Assembly: GCA_964409615.1 (NCBI GenBank)
Contig: CAYPDT010000001.1
Location: 653,102-698,658 of the forward strand
DNA: 45,557 nucleotides
Source of the DNA: an uncultured Candidatus Saccharibacteria bacterium
GTDB lineage: Bacteria > Patescibacteriota > Saccharimonadia > Saccharimonadales > AWTP1-31
Direction: 5' to 3'
The translations under genes and the position numbers were made by a program. Under the pieces are notes generated by a model, which saw only the letters and a program-made list of their open reading frames with translations, did not search any database and was not told where the DNA came from. This document shows, piece after piece, positions 42,640 through 45,557 of the stretch. The first letter of the stretch is position 1, and the number at the start of each line of letters is the position of its first letter.

Positions 42640-45249
42640 ATGAGCGACGACACCACAAACACTCCAGATACAAATACCGAAGACAACAGTATCGTAGTGC
42701 CTAAGCCAGAGTTGACGGCCGAAGAGATTCAGCAAAAGCAAAGTACGGTCGAAATTATCGAAGGTATGACGCATTCTCGTCAGGTAGAACTACGAACAGT
42801 AGAAAAGGTCATGGAAGATAGCTACCTTAGGTATTCCATGAGCGTTATCATCGACCGCGCTTTACCTGACGTCCGTGACGGCCTAAAGCCAGTCCATCGA
42901 CGAATTCTATATACTATGAACGAATCTGGTCTCAGGAGTACTGCTCGCCACCGAAAGAGCGCCACGGTTGTGGGTGATGTGATGGGTCGTTACCACCCGC
43001 ACGGCGATAGCTCTATTTATGATGCAATGGTCCGTATGGCTCAACCATGGGCTATGCGTTACACACTGGTTAATGGTCAGGGTAACTTTGGTTCAATGGA
43101 TGGTGATCCACCGGCTGCCTATCGATATACAGAAGCAAAGATGGAGCGTCTTGCCGATGAGACTCTTGCCGATATCGACAAAGAAACAGTAGATTTCCGA
43201 GATAACTATGACGGAACACGTACCGAACCGACAGTTCTGCCAGCAAAGCTTCCTAACTTACTCTTGAATGGTCAGCTCGGTATTGCAGTTGGCATGGCCA
43301 CAAATATACCACCTCACAACTTAAGTGAACTCGTTGATGCCGAGGTGGCCCTTATCGATAACCCGCAAGCCACCTTGGATGACTTGCTGGTACATGTAAA
43401 AGGACCGGATTTTCCAACCGGTGGCATAATCTACGGTAAAGACTCTATCCGAACGGCATACGCGACTGGTCGCGGGGGTGTTGTTACTAGGGGTGTGGCA
43501 GAGGTAGTCGAAGGCAAGAAGGGTCGCAGCCAGATTATAATTACTGAAATCCCGTACGCTCTCAATAAGGAGACACTTGTTCTCAAGATTGCGGAACTTG
43601 TTAAAGAGAAGAAACTTACGGGAATCAGCGACTTGCGTGACGAAACTGCTCGCGGAGAAGTCCGTATTGTCCTCGACCTTAAGAAAGACGCATACCCCAA
43701 GAAATTACTCAATCAGTTGTACAAACTGACTCCATTACAGACAAGCTTCCATTTTAATATGATGGCTCTTATTGATGGAATTCAGCCACGAGTCCTTGGG
43801 CTACAAGATATCCTGACAGAGCATATTAAGCACCGTCAGCAGGTTGTACGTCGCCGCACTGAATATGAACTGCGTAAAGCAAAAGATCGTGCACATATCC
43901 TCGAAGGATTAAAAATTGCCCTTGATCATATTGATGAAGTTATCAAGGTAATTCGATCAAGTAAGAGTTCAGAAGAGGCGCAAACAAACCTTATTACCAA
44001 GTTTAAATTGAGTGAAATTCAAGCCAAAGCTATTTTGGCGATGCAGCTGCGTGCCTTGACTGGCTTAGAGCGACAAAAGATTGAAGACGAGCTTGCTGAA
44101 CTTAAGAAGTTAATAGAAAAACTAGAAAGTATCTTAGCTGACGAAAAGAAAATTCTAAAAATTATTCGTGATGAGCTTTTAGATGTAAAGAAGCACTTTG
44201 GTGATGAGCGTCGAACAAGGGTCGTACCTAATGAGCTCGGCAAGATGGCAGATGAAGATTTAATTCCTGACGAGCAAGTAGTCGTAACACTAACTTCTGC
44301 TAACTACATCAAGCGTTCTCAGATGGCTGACTATCGTAAGCAAAATAGAGGTGGCAAGGGCAAGCGGGGGATGGCTACAAGGGAAGAAGATGTTATTGAG
44401 CATGTCGTTAATGCAAGCACGCATGACTACCTTCTATTCTTTACTAACAAGGGTAGGGTATTCCGTCTCAAGACATATGAAGTCCCGGCAACGAACCTTA
44501 ATGCTAAGGGTGTAGCAATAGTTAATCTCCTGCAATTACAGCCAGAAGAGATGATTAGTTCAGTCATCAACATATCTAAAACCAGCAAGAGCGGCCATCT
44601 GTTTATGTGTACTACCCACGGAGTTGTTAAGAAGACGCCATTTGAACAGTATAAGAATGTACGCCAGAGTGGCTTAATCGCTATTAATCTTGATGAAGGA
44701 GACGAACTTAAGTGGATTCGGATGACTACCGGAGAGAACGAGATAGTTATTTCCACCTCTCAAGGTCAAGCTATACGCTTCCATGAAAAAGATGTTCGTC
44801 CGATGGGACGGGTATCGCGTGGTGTTAGAGGCATACGACTACGAACAGATGATCAGGTCATTGGTATGGATACTGTACAGCCTGGCTCAAGTATCTTTGT
44901 GATAAGTGCCTCAGGCTATGGCAAGCGAACCAAAGTGGCGCAATTTACACCTCACGCTCGCGGAGGAGTCGGTATACGTTCAGCAGTTGTTAATACTAAG
45001 ACCGGCAAGTTGATAGGTGTTAAGACGCTAGCGGACAATGATGGGCAAGAAGTGATAATCATTTCACGACAGGGCCAAACAATACGATTGGGTCTGAAGG
45101 ATATTCCTGAATTGGGTCGTGCTACTCAAGGGGTTAGGATTATGCGCATCAACGATGGTGATGAGGTGGTTTCACTAGCGCTTGTTGATAAATCGGAAGT
45201 GGCTGAAGATGATGAAGAAGCGACCGCCGGAGATCAAGAAGACAAGTAG
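42640..45249 (+). CDS. gyrA: DNA gyrase subunit A
   Basis: [45 protein letters not shown] and the active-site YTEAK region, with C-terminal beta-pinwheel repeats and an acidic tail. Confidence 0.93.
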   Translation: MSDDTTNTPDTNTEDNSIVVPKPELTAEEIQQKQSTVEIIEGMTHSRQVELRTVEKVMEDSYLRYSMSVIIDRALPDVRDGLKPVHRRILYTMNESGLRSTARHRKSATVVGDVMGRYHPHGDSSIYDAMVRMAQPWAMRYTLVNGQGNFGSMDGDPPAAYRYTEAKMERLADETLADIDKETVDFRDNYDGTRTEPTVLPAKLPNLLLNGQLGIAVGMATNIPPHNLSELVDAEVALIDNPQATLDDLLVHVKGPDFPTGGIIYGKDSIRTAYATGRGGVVTRGVAEVVEGKKGRSQIIITEIPYALNKETLVLKIAELVKEKKLTGISDLRDETARGEVRIVLDLKKDAYPKKLLNQLYKLTPLQTSFHFNMMALIDGIQPRVLGLQDILTEHIKHRQQVVRRRTEYELRKAKDRAHILEGLKIALDHIDEVIKVIRSSKSSEEAQTNLITKFKLSEIQAKAILAMQLRALTGLERQKIEDELAELKKLIEKLESILADEKKILKIIRDELLDVKKHFGDERRTRVVPNELGKMADEDLIPDEQVVVTLTSANYIKRSQMADYRKQNRGGKGKRGMATREEDVIEHVVNASTHDYLLFFTNKGRVFRLKTYEVPATNLNAKGVAIVNLLQLQPEEMISSVINISKTSKSGHLFMCTTHGVVKKTPFEQYKNVRQSGLIAINLDEGDELKWIRMTTGENEIVISTSQGQAIRFHEKDVRPMGRVSRGVRGIRLRTDDQVIGMDTVQPGSSIFVISASGYGKRTKVAQFTPHARGGVGIRSAVVNTKTGKLIGVKTLADNDGQEVIIISRQGQTIRLGLKDIPELGRATQGVRIMRINDGDEVVSLALVDKSEVAEDDEEATAGDQEDK

Positions 45250-45296
45250 TCTGTAAGGTTGATGTAATAATAACCATTATTTTGGGTATTTTACTC

Positions 45297-45325
45297 TTGA
45301 CACTATGGTTTTTGATAGGTAATAT
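45297..45325 (+). promoter_or_regulatory. rRNA operon promoter TTGACA-17-TAATAT
   Basis: TTGACA at 45297-45302, a 17-nt spacer and TAATAT at 45320-45325, about 180 nt upstream of the 16S 5' end. Confidence 0.65.
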
Positions 45326-45502
45326 GACATGAGACTTTTCAGGGACTGTGTTAGAGTGTCCTACGAAAATGTTCATTAAAAATTGAATTGTGCAAATCAA
45401 CGTCAGTTCTTCTGTCTTATGACAGAGAATGAATATGTTTTGAAAATAAAGTCAGTGTAGTCTTCGGGCTACATGTTCGACTGAAGTTAGAGATACAAAT
45501 TC

Positions 45503-45557
<55 letters not shown>

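Overview
This window looks like a compact, gene-dense bacterial chromosome segment. My inference from gene content is a monoderm-type reduced genome, possibly Patescibacteria/CPR and Saccharibacteria-like; the 16S fragment at the 3' edge is too short to place it. Bases 1-14002 hold a large secreted orphan protein followed by a complete secretin-less type IV pilus locus: pilM-N-O, pilB, pilT, pilC, a major pilin, the prepilin peptidase, three minor pilins and a PilX-like protein. Housekeeping genes follow: xerC-like recombinase, ndk, a PrsA-like PPIase, a GT2 glycosyltransferase, nrdR, thrS, miaA, rpmB, an S2P protease, an ASCH-RNase HI fusion, rnpB, infC-rpmI-rplT, comM, gyrB, gyrA and the start of 16S rRNA. 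Six tRNA genes are present and all encode their CCA end. The points most worth a second look are listed here.
- Many first-in-operon genes sit 6-9 nt downstream of an extended -10 box, which suggests leaderless mRNAs.
- Three orphan minus-strand genes (17.3-19.2 kb) each have their own near-identical promoter.
- thrS has a structured leader with T-box-like elements and two hairpins that share a 10-nt loop.
- A roughly 1.2 kb AT-rich non-coding gap (33.1-34.3 kb) contains a candidate sRNA and a structured leader.
- That leader precedes an operon ending in a VirD4/TraD-like ATPase with a P/Q-rich tail, convergent with an LPXTG surface protein and a coupled membrane partner. This block is my best candidate for an uncharacterised system.
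All functional calls come from reading motifs by eye. No searches were run.
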